A stretch of DNA of 64,000 bases, taken from assembly GCA_050250895.1 (NCBI GenBank), contig JBFWNU010000004.1:686934-750933 (forward strand), given 5' to 3'. The notes below the pieces were generated by a model. The model did no database searches and had not been told where the DNA came from. It saw nothing but the letters and a program-made list of their open reading frames with translations. Of the stretch, positions 34,934 to 44,131 are shown one piece after another; positions within the stretch are counted from its first letter, which is position 1, and each line of letters opens with the position of its first letter. Position numbers and translations under genes: made by a program. The DNA is from Vulcanimicrobiota bacterium (lineage in GTDB: Bacteria > Vulcanimicrobiota > Xenobia > Xenobiales > JADMJV01).

Positions 34934-36174
34934 AGACTGGCCAAGACCAGTTCGGCCACCCGGTCGGCCGCTTCAGGGTGGCCATGCTGGCGGGCCGCCT
35001 CGGTCATGCGCTGGGCCTCGTGGGGCCGATCCAACAGGTTGCCGACCGTTTGCCCCAGGTGATGGGCATCTTCAATGGCCAGGGCCGCTCCGGTGGCCAC
35101 CACCCGGTCGACCATGTGCGCTTCGAGCCCGGACAGGGCATCCTTGAGCAGCATCGGCCGGCCGCGGGCCAGCACCTCCGAGGTCGACAGTCCACCCGGC
35201 TTGGAAACCACCAGGTCGGCGGCGTCGGTCCAATCGGGCATGTTCGAAACAAATCCCTCGACCCGCAGCGGATGCCGCGTCTGGCGAGCAGCCAGGCTGG
35301 CCCGGGCCTCTTCGTTGCGACCGGTGATGACGGCCATCTGAAAGTCCTGGGGAAGAGCATCGAGGGCGTCGATCGTCTCGTCAAAATTGGCATACCCCAG
35401 CGAACCGCCCATCATCAGCACCATTGGCTTGTCGGGCTCGAGGCCGAGACTCTGGCGGGCCTGCGGGCTGGTCTGGGCAGGGCGGGCGAAGTCCGGCCGA
35501 ATGGGAATGCCGGTCACCCTAACTCGCTCTGGTTGGATGCCGAACTTTACCAGGTCGGCTTTGACCCCGTCGCTGGCGACGTAGAACCGCTCGATCTGGC
35601 TCTGGGCCCACATCTGGTGGGCGCCGAAGTCGGTGACCACACTCTGGACCGGCGTGTCGATGGTGCCGTCGGCCCGCCACTGCGAGAGCAGCGAGTTGGT
35701 AGGCGACATGGTCGAGATGATCAGGTCGGGCTTCTCCTGGTGGATACGACTCAGAAAAGCCGAGTTGAACAGGCCGTCGACGCGCACGGCGGCGTTCTGC
35801 AGCAGCTTCAGAGCCAGGTTGCCCTTGAGGTTTTGCTCGAAACCCCAGGTGCGCACCCAGTTGACCAGCTGGCCGCCCTCGAGCGCATTCTCGGCGGCCG
35901 TGCCGGTGGGAAAGGGGCTGGTGGAAGACTCGGAAATATTGATAACCTCGGTCTCGACCCCGGGGTGGCGATCGAGAGCCGCCTTGAGGGCGTTGGCTGC
36001 CGAGGCGTGGCCTCCGGTAAAAGAGGCATGCACCAGCCAGATCTTCTTGGGGTAACTTGAAGAACTCGCCTTCGGCTGGGGTCGGGTGGATTCATCGGCC
36101 GCAGGGCGAAGGGGGGCCGCGGCAGGCTTTCGATAGAGCGGCGAGGGTCGATTGTCGTTAGCTACGATGCGCAT
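34930..36174 (-). CDS. MGDG synthase / UgtP-like GT28 glycosyltransferase with low-complexity N-terminal extension
   Basis: GGH...A.AL, VVTDF..H..W, TGIPIR..F, MGGS.G, KPGGLS.SE. Confidence 0.92.
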   Translation of the reverse strand: MRIVANDNRPSPLYRKPAAAPLRPAADESTRPQPKASSSSYPKKIWLVHASFTGGHASAANALKAALDRHPGVETEVINISESSTSPFPTGTAAENALEGGQLVNWVRTWGFEQNLKGNLALKLLQNAAVRVDGLFNSAFLSRIHQEKPDLIISTMSPTNSLLSQWRADGTIDTPVQSVVTDFGAHQMWAQSQIERFYVASDGVKADLVKFGIQPERVRVTGIPIRPDFARPAQTSPQARQSLGLEPDKPMVLMMGGSLGYANFDETIDALDALPQDFQMAVITGRNEEARASLAARQTRHPLRVEGFVSNMPDWTDAADLVVSKPGGLSTSEVLARGRPMLLKDALSGLEAHMVDRVVATGAALAIEDAHHLGQTVGNLLDRPHEAQRMTEAARQHGHPEAADRVAELVLASL

Positions 36175-36179
36175 CCATC

Positions 36180-36863
36180 TCAGTATGACGTCGTGACCTT
36201 AAAGGATGTTGAAGCCGTTGAGGCCGCCCTCTGCCGCACCAGGAGCAGAGCCTGGTCGATGCGGTGGGAGCGTCCGTCCAGGTGCTGGCTGGCCTGTTCG
36301 AGAGCCCGCCACTCGGCTGGGCTGTCGGCGGCCAGGGTGGCCCGCACCAGCAAGCGAGCGACGGCGAAGGCGTAGAGTTCGTCCTGGCCGAGCAAGGGCA
36401 CCAGGTCCTCCAAGAGGATGAGACAGAAGACGGTGTCGCACCGGGCGGCGAGCTCGACATGCGAACGCGCCATCATCTGGTGCAGCGAGGTGCGCTGGCG
36501 AAAGCCAGGCAGTTCTTGCATCAAGAGAGCGAAAAGACGCCCCACGGCCGGATCGGCACACTGGCTGGAGGTGTGAGCCAGGGCCCGGGCAGCCGCCTCG
36601 CTCAGGCGCGCCATTTCGTGCCACTCGGCCACTCGGGCGGCGCGCGCCAGGGCTTGTCGGGCCACCTGATAGTCTCCGGCCGCGATGGCGTTGACCAGAG
36701 CCAGCACGTAAATCAGGCGAACCTCTTTATTGCTGTCAAAGTCAGAGAAGCCGGCCAGCTGGTCGGCCAGAGTCAGACAGCGGCGGGCGCTGGCGGTGGC
36801 CGTTCGAGCCAGGATTGCATTGGCGGCTTTGGTGCCGTGTTTCGGAAAGATCCCACACCACAT
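36180..36863 (-). CDS. Hypothetical helical protein
   Basis: Fills the gap between GH26 and GT28 genes. Start uncertain (MWCGIF chosen to avoid overlap). Confidence 0.55.
   Translation of the reverse strand: MWCGIFPKHGTKAANAILARTATASARRCLTLADQLAGFSDFDSNKEVRLIYVLALVNAIAAGDYQVARQALARAARVAEWHEMARLSEAAARALAHTSSQCADPAVGRLFALLMQELPGFRQRTSLHQMMARSHVELAARCDTVFCLILLEDLVPLLGQDELYAFAVARLLVRATLAADSPAEWRALEQASQHLDGRSHRIDQALLLVRQRAASTASTSFKVTTSY
36182..36213 (-). promoter_or_regulatory. Direct-repeat promoter TTCAA-n6-TTAAG-N10-CATACT-N7-ATG (leaderless)
   Basis: Read directly; shared geometry. Confidence 0.65.
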
Positions 36864-36924
36864 GCTAAGAGCATAAGAAAATTCGGGGTTTCCTTCCGTG
36901 CGGTGGCTCACACCGTGCGCTGGC

Positions 36925-38853
36925 TCACAACTCGAAAGGCATTTCTCGCGTCTCGACAAACCGGTCTTGATCGTCATAGACCAGCACCCGCAACTGATGC
37001 TTACCAGGCTTGACCGCGGCCAGCGGCAGCTTCCAGGCGCCGGGTTGGTCACAGGCCAACACCACCGCTCCGTCCAGCTTGAAATAGACCCTGGGATGCT
37101 CCACATAGGTCCTGATCTGGGCCTCGATGGTATCCTCGGCAGCCAATTTCTGCCCCTTTCGGAGCGGTTCGGCACGCACCGGCGAGACGGTCTGGCCAGC
37201 CCCCAGGAAATAGGGGGAAGAGGTGACCTGTCGATAGGCCTTGCGCAGCTCGGGCGGTGAACTCAACAGATAGTTGTTGAGCTTGCGCCCATAGCGGGCG
37301 TGAACCATGTTGTCGCAGTCATACCAGTTGACCATTTTCACTCGGGGATAGCGGGTGGGCAGAGCCGAGTAGAGTTGGCCCAGCTTGGTCATGGCGAAGT
37401 CCTGGCGCGGTTCGCTGTCGAGCTTAGAGAACTGGGTGGCGGCGAACTCGCCGATGGCGATCGGCTTGCGCTGGCTATAGGTGCGATAGACATAATCCAA
37501 CAGGTCGGTGGGGTGGATGTGTTCACCGGGACGAGAGCGCTCGTTGTCAAGGTAGAGCACACTGTAGAAGTTGACGCCAACCCAGTCGGTGGCGTCATCG
37601 CCTGGATAGTAGTCGTCGATGCCGGTTTGGGGGACGGTGTTTGGGCACCAGATAAGAGCGACCCTGGGGGCTTGACGAAAGGCCTGAAAAACGAGTCGAA
37701 AAGCCTGCCGATAAGCTTTGGGATCGCCGTGATAACCGGTCCAGTCGCCATTCATCTCGCCGGCAAAGCGAATGAAGATGGGGCAGTCGGCCGCTTTGGC
37801 CGCGGCCACGAAATCGTGCAGATACTGGTCGTCTTTGACCTGGTCGAGGGAAGACGGCTCCCAGGCGATATGAGCAATAGCGTTCTGGCTCTTGAGGTAT
37901 TCCACCCACTGGCTGGGAAAGGGCGCCCCGTAGGCGCGATACATGAAGAAGCTGGCGTGGGAGCGGCCCATCAGCTGGTTGAAGTCTTCCACCTTGCCAT
38001 GGGTCTGGCTCTCGAAAGTCTGCTGCCCGATATTGTCGTCACGGTCGATGAAGGCCCCGATGTAGCAGCCCTGAGGCGGCTCGAGTCGAGCCAGCCTTGC
38101 GGCTTTGGGGGCCAGGCGTCGATGAGCGAAGAGTTCAATCTCGGTGCGATATTGCCGGGCTTTGGCCAGTTCGACCAGGGCCGCGTTGGCATCACCACTC
38201 CGCTCATAGATAGCGGCCTCGCGCTGATAAGCCTCGGCGGCCAGCGGGAAAGCCTCGGCCTTGACCGCCGCTTCGGCCAGCACGCGCCAGTCGGCTGCCA
38301 TTTGCGAGCCTTCAGCCTGGGCTCGCAGGCCCTCGAGGGCGGGCGTGAGGAGGGCCCGCTGGGTGGCCGGTCCGGGTGGCTGCAGGGGCAGGTTCGAGAT
38401 GGGACCGGCCGGGCGGGCCACGGCGAAGGCCAGGTTCTCGAGCGGCTTACCGTCGAGCCACAGTCGCAGCTGGTGCGGGCCCGGTTCAAAGCCTTTCTCC
38501 GGGGCCTCCAGCAACAGACTTCCGCGTTCGGTAGGCTCGATGCCGGTCGACTCGGCCCCCTCCCCCACCTCGACCCGCAGGGTAGCCGCCGGACCGGCGT
38601 AACGATAGCGCAGGTAGAACTCCTGGGGCGAGGCTGAAAATTCGGTGACCGCCGGGCCATCGGGGCTCAGACCCAGGTCGGCCTCGAAGGCAATGGGGGC
38701 CGGAATTGGACTGGAAGGATGCTCGGGCGGGCCGGTCACCGTAAGGGTCGAAGCGGTCCTGGCGGGGCGGGGCGCAGGCAACGGCTCGCGCTCGGGGGGG
38801 CGGCTGTGGCCGCAACCCACCAGCAACACCAGCACCCAGCAGACGAACCTAAT
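36925..38853 (-). CDS. GH26-family glycoside hydrolase lipoprotein; probable ATT start
   Basis: HIAWEP, FIRFAGEMNGDW, YYPGD...DWVG.N.Y, KPI.IGEF. (I/M)RFVCWVLVLLVGC lipobox. Confidence 0.85.
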   Translation of the reverse strand: MRFVCWVLVLLVGCGHSRPPEREPLPAPRPARTASTLTVTGPPEHPSSPIPAPIAFEADLGLSPDGPAVTEFSASPQEFYLRYRYAGPAATLRVEVGEGAESTGIEPTERGSLLLEAPEKGFEPGPHQLRLWLDGKPLENLAFAVARPAGPISNLPLQPPGPATQRALLTPALEGLRAQAEGSQMAADWRVLAEAAVKAEAFPLAAEAYQREAAIYERSGDANAALVELAKARQYRTEIELFAHRRLAPKAARLARLEPPQGCYIGAFIDRDDNIGQQTFESQTHGKVEDFNQLMGRSHASFFMYRAYGAPFPSQWVEYLKSQNAIAHIAWEPSSLDQVKDDQYLHDFVAAAKAADCPIFIRFAGEMNGDWTGYHGDPKAYRQAFRLVFQAFRQAPRVALIWCPNTVPQTGIDDYYPGDDATDWVGVNFYSVLYLDNERSRPGEHIHPTDLLDYVYRTYSQRKPIAIGEFAATQFSKLDSEPRQDFAMTKLGQLYSALPTRYPRVKMVNWYDCDNMVHARYGRKLNNYLLSSPPELRKAYRQVTSSPYFLGAGQTVSPVRAEPLRKGQKLAAEDTIEAQIRTYVEHPRVYFKLDGAVVLACDQPGAWKLPLAAVKPGKHQLRVLVYDDQDRFVETREMPFEL

Positions 38854-39730
38854 GGAGGCGGAGCCTCACCTTGAGTTTGGGCGAAACTTCGAACGAATGG
38901 TCTTGATTGCCAGAGAACTCGGGTCCCACGATCGTTGAAATTGTACCTCTGCGGCCGAAAGCCTCCACCTCGAAGTCGCGACGGACCCCCACCAGAGCGT
39001 TGTAGTACAGACCGCCTTCGCCCTGGTCCAGGTTGTGCCGGTAACCCTGACGCCCTTCGAGATGCCAGGCGAGGGGTTGATTCCAGAACTGGAAGTCGCC
39101 ACCGGTGACCTCCTGGCGAAAGTAAGCGCCCACCTCGGTCCCCCGCTCGAGGAACTCGTGGTTGGTGCCGGCCACAAACTCGAACTCGCCGTGCATGTCG
39201 CGCCCCACCGGGCCTTCCCAGCGCTTGAAGGCTTCGAATCCCAGATTGACGCGGGAGTCATCGTAAGTGCGGAAGTCACCCAACAGCTTGCCGCGCAGGC
39301 CCTGGGTGGCCGTCCAGCCGTCGCCCAGGTCGGTGGTCCGGGCCAGCGAGGTTTCCATCAGCTCGCCTTTGAGCCTCAGGCCGGGAACGCCGTGGGCCAG
39401 CTTGGGGCTGAGATCGACGTCGACAGGTTCAAAACGCAGCGTGTAATCTCCCAGGCCCACCTCGTGGCGCTCGAACAGGGTCGAGGTCTCGGGGGCCGCC
39501 TGGCTTAAATGGGAGTCGAGATCGGCCGCGTGGGCCATCTGCGGGGCCAGCGTCAGCGCCGCCACGGCCATCAGGCCGACCAGCCCTTTCGAAGTGTGCC
39601 CAGCCTGGGGCTTAGCCTCGGAAGGGGTGTACAGGTCTTGAGGCTCGTCGAAAGAGGCCTCGGGAGCAGCTCGTCCTGCGGTCGGCGGAGCGCTACGTGA
39701 AATGAAAAGGCTCGAGCTAATGGTGGACAT
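38849..39730 (-). CDS. Hypothetical protein: low-complexity N-terminal extension, internal signal-peptide-like segment, beta-strand-rich (barrel-like) domain
   Basis: KGLVGLMAVAALTLAPQMAHA at aa ~48-68. Alternating hydrophobic strands to the C-terminus. Confidence 0.8.
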   Translation of the reverse strand: MSTISSSLFISRSAPPTAGRAAPEASFDEPQDLYTPSEAKPQAGHTSKGLVGLMAVAALTLAPQMAHAADLDSHLSQAAPETSTLFERHEVGLGDYTLRFEPVDVDLSPKLAHGVPGLRLKGELMETSLARTTDLGDGWTATQGLRGKLLGDFRTYDDSRVNLGFEAFKRWEGPVGRDMHGEFEFVAGTNHEFLERGTEVGAYFRQEVTGGDFQFWNQPLAWHLEGRQGYRHNLDQGEGGLYYNALVGVRRDFEVEAFGRRGTISTIVGPEFSGNQDHSFEVSPKLKVRLRLH

Positions 39731-39764
39731 AGCTCGAGCCTAAACGAGGATCGTTAAAGATCCA

Positions 39765-40487
39765 TTACACGCCCCATTGCTTCCACGGCTGGCTCTGAGC
39801 GTGGGCCATGATCTTGGGTGGATACGATGACCCGCCATTGTAGCGCTTGAGAGCAGCCTCCCAAGAACCGGTCTTGTCATAGAGGCTCTTGAGCAGGTTG
39901 GCGCCGTAGTCGATGTTCTTGACCGGGTCCCACACCTCGTTGGTGCGAGCAAACTGGTGGAAGCGGTCGTCAATTTGCATGATGCCTTTGCCGTGCTGGC
40001 CGTCAAAGGACTTGGCGTCGGCCCGCCAACCGCTCTCCTGGTAAGCTACGGCTTTGAGGATGTTAGGCGGAATGCCATATTTGGAGGCGGCCGCGTCGAG
40101 CATCTGACCGACCTGCTGCTTGTTGGGATTGGGGCCAAAGCTCGGGATCGTGGCGTTAGGGTTGGCCGCCGCCGCGCCCTGGGTAGCACCGCCACCGCCA
40201 CCGCCAGAGCCCAGGAAGTTATTGGCTGCGTTGTTCATTCCGAAGGCTGGAGAGCCGACTCCGCCGCCCCCGCCGCCAAAGCCGGGACTCTGGCCGGGCG
40301 AAAACATTCCGTTGCCCTCGCCACCCATCAGTCGGCCCAAGAGGCCGCCGGTCAATAGGCCCATCAGCAGGCCCATGACCATCCCGAGGATGTTCTGGAT
40401 GCCGCCGAAGAGTCCCCCGAATATACCACCCGCGCCCTGGGCCCCGAAGAGACCGCCGCCGGGATTGTTGCCACCGATGAAGTTCAT
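39765..40487 (-). CDS. Lytic transglycosylase (SLT domain) with Gly-rich N-terminal region
   Basis: LKAVAYQESG, GIMQI, NI.YGA..L, AL..YNG. RBS GGAGG. Confidence 0.92.
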   Translation of the reverse strand: MNFIGGNNPGGGLFGAQGAGGIFGGLFGGIQNILGMVMGLLMGLLTGGLLGRLMGGEGNGMFSPGQSPGFGGGGGGVGSPAFGMNNAANNFLGSGGGGGGATQGAAAANPNATIPSFGPNPNKQQVGQMLDAAASKYGIPPNILKAVAYQESGWRADAKSFDGQHGKGIMQIDDRFHQFARTNEVWDPVKNIDYGANLLKSLYDKTGSWEAALKRYNGGSSYPPKIMAHAQSQPWKQWGV

Positions 40488-40583
40488 TGGTGAACCTCCG
40501 TCTTTTTACGATTTTACTCAGCTTAAAAGACAGAGGTTGTCTGGGACCTGGACAGGACCCAGGAATGTTAACTTTCGGTAAAC

Positions 40584-41657
40584 TTACTGGCCCAGGATCT
40601 GCTGCAACGCGAGGGTGTCGGGGTGCTCGGGATCGATGTTGCGAGCGGCGGCCAGGCAACCAAGGGCGTCTTCGGTCTGGGAGCGGTCGATGTAGAGGTG
40701 AGCCGCCTTGAGGTAGGCCTGTAGCGCCGCACCGGCGTCCTTTCGCGCCTCTTCCACCTCGCCCAGAACCTTCCAATAGGGAGCTCGGTCAGGAGCCATG
40801 GCTAGAGCCTTGCGCAACTGGGAACGAGCCACCAGTAGATTGCCCTGGCGGAACAAACGCTGACCCTGGAGAAAATGCTGATAAGCCTTGGCATATTGAT
40901 TGGAAAGCTCGTCAGTGTCGACGGGTGCGCCTTTGGTGTATACGGCTACCAGATTGGTCAGGCGCCGCCGGGGGTGAGCCAGGACCTGACCCTGACAGTA
41001 CAGGGCGGTGGAACTGCCGCCATCGAGATTGATCGCCTCATACGAGCCGAGAGCCTGCATGATCCGTGCCAGTTCATTCAGACTGACCCCCTCGCCGGTG
41101 GTGACCAACAACATCTTATGGTCTTTGGTCAATCCCATGGCGGCCCGCTGGCGGCGCCCAAAAAGACCCGGATCGCTGAAGCCTTCGCCGCGCGGCTCGA
41201 CCCAGATCTGGCCGTCGTCGATCAGAGTCGGGCCTCCCGATACCGCAAACTGGACTCCGGCCCAATCGAGGTGGCGTCCCAGTTTGCCCTTGAGCGAGCG
41301 CAGTTCGGCCTTGCCCTCATCGTCAATGGTAATGACGCTGCCTACTGACCCTTCGGTCAACAAGCGGCCGTCTGCCACCACATTGCCCACTACGATGTTG
41401 GTGCCGGTGTCGAAGAAAGTCCCGGTAATAGCCGCCGCCGGCCGGGTTCGGGCTAACATCGACTTGAAGTCGAGGGCCTGGCCCCGCGGGGCCATCACCG
41501 GACGGATGCTGACCTCAGGAGAATCCAGGTCGATGGTTACCACGTGGAGGGGAACCCCCCTCACCGCCAACTTTTTGTGTTCGACCTGAGCCCACCCGTT
41601 GCTCGAGCAAAACAAAACAGTAGCCAATACGAAAGAAACAAACCTCAAGACACCCAT
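40584..41657 (-). CDS. Phosphodiester glycosidase (NAGPA-like) family protein with C-terminal TPR
   Basis: Signal peptide, GTFF, GGPTL, R.AMG, AINLDGGSST. Confidence 0.9.
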   Translation of the reverse strand: MGVLRFVSFVLATVLFCSSNGWAQVEHKKLAVRGVPLHVVTIDLDSPEVSIRPVMAPRGQALDFKSMLARTRPAAAITGTFFDTGTNIVVGNVVADGRLLTEGSVGSVITIDDEGKAELRSLKGKLGRHLDWAGVQFAVSGGPTLIDDGQIWVEPRGEGFSDPGLFGRRQRAAMGLTKDHKMLLVTTGEGVSLNELARIMQALGSYEAINLDGGSSTALYCQGQVLAHPRRRLTNLVAVYTKGAPVDTDELSNQYAKAYQHFLQGQRLFRQGNLLVARSQLRKALAMAPDRAPYWKVLGEVEEARKDAGAALQAYLKAAHLYIDRSQTEDALGCLAAARNIDPEHPDTLALQQILGQ

Positions 41658-41729
41658 CTTGAAGCTTTCTGTAAAATCTAGCGCTTCCCTGGCGTCCCAA
41701 AAGGACGAGAGGCGAACAAACGCTCTCGT

Positions 41730-42065
41730 TTACTCGTTGGTGGCGCCTACCGAGTCCAGCCGGAACTCGGCTGGCGGACGCACCGGAAGCTCGACCGGTG
41801 GCCGGTAGAAGAGTCCCGCCGGCGCATGGGTCTGTAAGACCACGGCCGCCGGCATTTCCCCCACCGGCCCAGGACCCACCAGGCCGAACACATAGTCACG
41901 AAAGGCGGGGTCCTGTTGCTTGGCCCAGCTTCTGAGCCGCTCGGCGTGTTCGGCCGGGGGCGGGGGTTGGTCGGTGGCGGTGGTCGGCCGCAACTCAGGG
42001 GTGTAGAGAGGCCGCGACAGAGGCTTCTTGACCAATCCGTGAGTGCCGACCGAGTTCGTTTCCAT
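41730..42065 (-). CDS. Small hypothetical protein
   Basis: ATG lies 6 nt after a TATACT -10 box that has the shared promoter geometry. Confidence 0.6.
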   Translation of the reverse strand: METNSVGTHGLVKKPLSRPLYTPELRPTTATDQPPPPAEHAERLRSWAKQQDPAFRDYVFGLVGPGPVGEMPAAVVLQTHAPAGLFYRPPVELPVRPPAEFRLDSVGATNE

Positions 42066-42226
42066 GCTGCGAGTATAGGAGGGTCAGGTTGGCTCAACAT
42101 TGTCTCGCCCGGCCAACTGTTAACGTCTTGTAAAAACTTCCCCGGGCGACTTTCCGACACATTTCCGCCAAGATTCGACAGTCCCGCGGCCTAGGCTAAA
42201 GCCACAAAGCCTGAAAGGAGGGTGCA

Positions 42227-44026
42227 ATGCACTCCCAATCCAAGACCAAGAAAATCGCCCTGGCGTGCGGGGCCTTCGGCCTTTCATGCCTGCTCTTCGG
42301 GTGCGGCGGCAGCGAGCTGGCTGACGCCGCCGCGGCGCTGGATACCGGTAGCGCCGCGAGCACCGAAACCATCGCCGCCCGGGCCCAACAGCCGCCGCCG
42401 TCAACGCGTTCCGGACCTGGGCCCGGACCTGGAGCCGGCCCCTTCGAAGCCCGTCAGATTGATGGAACGGGCAATCACAGCGGTGACCTGGGTTCGGCCG
42501 GCACTCAGTTGCTCCGCCGCGTGGCGGCGGCATACGCAGACGGAATCTCGACCCCGGCCGGAGGCGACCGGCCCAGCGCCCGCGCCGTCAGCAACGCCGT
42601 GGTGGCCCAGAGCGGAGAATTGGCCGACTCGGCCGGACGCACGGGTTTTGTCTGGGCGTGGGGCCAGTTCATCGACCACGATATGGACCTGACCCCGGAG
42701 GGCGGGGTCGAAGACTTTCCCATCGCCATCCCCACCGGCGACCCCTACTTTGATCCGAGCGGCAGCGGCACGGTGGTGATGGGCCTGAGTCGCTCGATCT
42801 ATGACGCCGCCACCGGGTTGGCGGCCGGCAACCCGCGCCAACAACTCAACCAGATCACCGCCTTCCTCGACGGTTCTCAAGTGTACGGCTCAGACGACGA
42901 GCGAGCGCTGGCTCTGCGTACTCTCTCCGACGGAAAAATGGCCACCAGCAGCGGGGACCTGCCGCCTTTCAACACCGTGGGTCTGCCCAACGCTGCGGCC
43001 GGCGATCCCAGCACCTTCTTCCTGTGCGGAGACATTCGAGCCAACGAGAACGTGGTCTTGACCAGTTTGCATACGCTTTTTGTCAGAGAGCACAATCGCA
43101 AGGCTGCAGAGATCAAAGCGGCCAGTCCTGGCCTGAGTGACGAAGAGATCTATCAGCGGGCCAGAAAACATGTGGGCGCTCTCATCCAGGTCATCACCTA
43201 TCAGGAGTTCCTTCCCGCCCTGCTGGGCGACCGAGCTCTGCCCGACTATCGCGGCTACCAGCCCAACGTCAATCCCCAGATTGCCAATACCTTCTCGGCC
43301 GCCGCCTATCGCCTGGGCCATAGCCAGGTAGGAACCACCGTGCTGCGCCTGGGTAGCGACGGCAACCCCATCAGCCAGGGCAACCTGACCATCAAAGATG
43401 CCTTTTTTCAACCGCAACTACTGGTCAACGAGGGGGGTATCGACCCCCTCCTGAAAGGGTTGGCTGCCACCACTCAACAGCCCACCGACGCCATGGTGGT
43501 CGACGACCTGCGCAACTTCCTCTTCGGCCCTCCCGGCTCGGGCGGACTGGACCTGGCCTCGCTCAACATGCAGCGTGGCCGAGACCACGGGCTGGGTGGC
43601 TACGCCCAGGTGCGCGCCGCCTACGGCCGGCCGCCCGCCCGCAACTTCGCAGACATCACCTCCAACGCCGGGTTGCAGGCCAAACTTGCCTCGGTCTACA
43701 GCCACGTCAACCAGGTCGATGCCTGGGTGGGACTGCTCTCTGAAGATCCGGTCCCTGGTGCGGCCGTGGGTCCGACCCTGCGCGCCATTCTGGTGGATCA
43801 ATTCAGCCGCCTACGCGACGGTGACCGCTTCTTCTATCGCAACGACCCGGCCTTGCGCGACCAGGTCCAACAACTCGAGGCAACTCGTCTGACCGATGTG
43901 ATTGCGCGCAACACCAACGTGCGCGGGCTCCAACCCAACGTCTTTCGCGGTGGACGGGCCCAAACCGGCCCGGCCCCGCGCCCCCGGGTCGACCGCCGGG
44001 GCGGTATACCGAGGATCTGCTTCTAA
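42227..44026 (+). CDS. Animal-type (peroxidase-cyclooxygenase superfamily) heme peroxidase, lipoprotein
   Basis: LLFGC lipobox, WGQFIDHD, FLDGS.VYG, GD.RANEN, LFVREHN, AYRLGHS, N.QRGRDHG, QF.RLRDGDRFFY. Confidence 0.95.
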   Translation: MHSQSKTKKIALACGAFGLSCLLFGCGGSELADAAAALDTGSAASTETIAARAQQPPPSTRSGPGPGPGAGPFEARQIDGTGNHSGDLGSAGTQLLRRVAAAYADGISTPAGGDRPSARAVSNAVVAQSGELADSAGRTGFVWAWGQFIDHDMDLTPEGGVEDFPIAIPTGDPYFDPSGSGTVVMGLSRSIYDAATGLAAGNPRQQLNQITAFLDGSQVYGSDDERALALRTLSDGKMATSSGDLPPFNTVGLPNAAAGDPSTFFLCGDIRANENVVLTSLHTLFVREHNRKAAEIKAASPGLSDEEIYQRARKHVGALIQVITYQEFLPALLGDRALPDYRGYQPNVNPQIANTFSAAAYRLGHSQVGTTVLRLGSDGNPISQGNLTIKDAFFQPQLLVNEGGIDPLLKGLAATTQQPTDAMVVDDLRNFLFGPPGSGGLDLASLNMQRGRDHGLGGYAQVRAAYGRPPARNFADITSNAGLQAKLASVYSHVNQVDAWVGLLSEDPVPGAAVGPTLRAILVDQFSRLRDGDRFFYRNDPALRDQVQQLEATRLTDVIARNTNVRGLQPNVFRGGRAQTGPAPRPRVDRRGGIPRICF

Positions 44027-44131
44027 AGACTGGGAGGGGCTGTTAGACCCGCCTGATGCGTAGCCGAGGTTTGGTCGCGCCTCAGGTGGGTTTAACGGCT
44101 TTTTCAGTCGCCCCGCCTAGACTCGGCCTGT

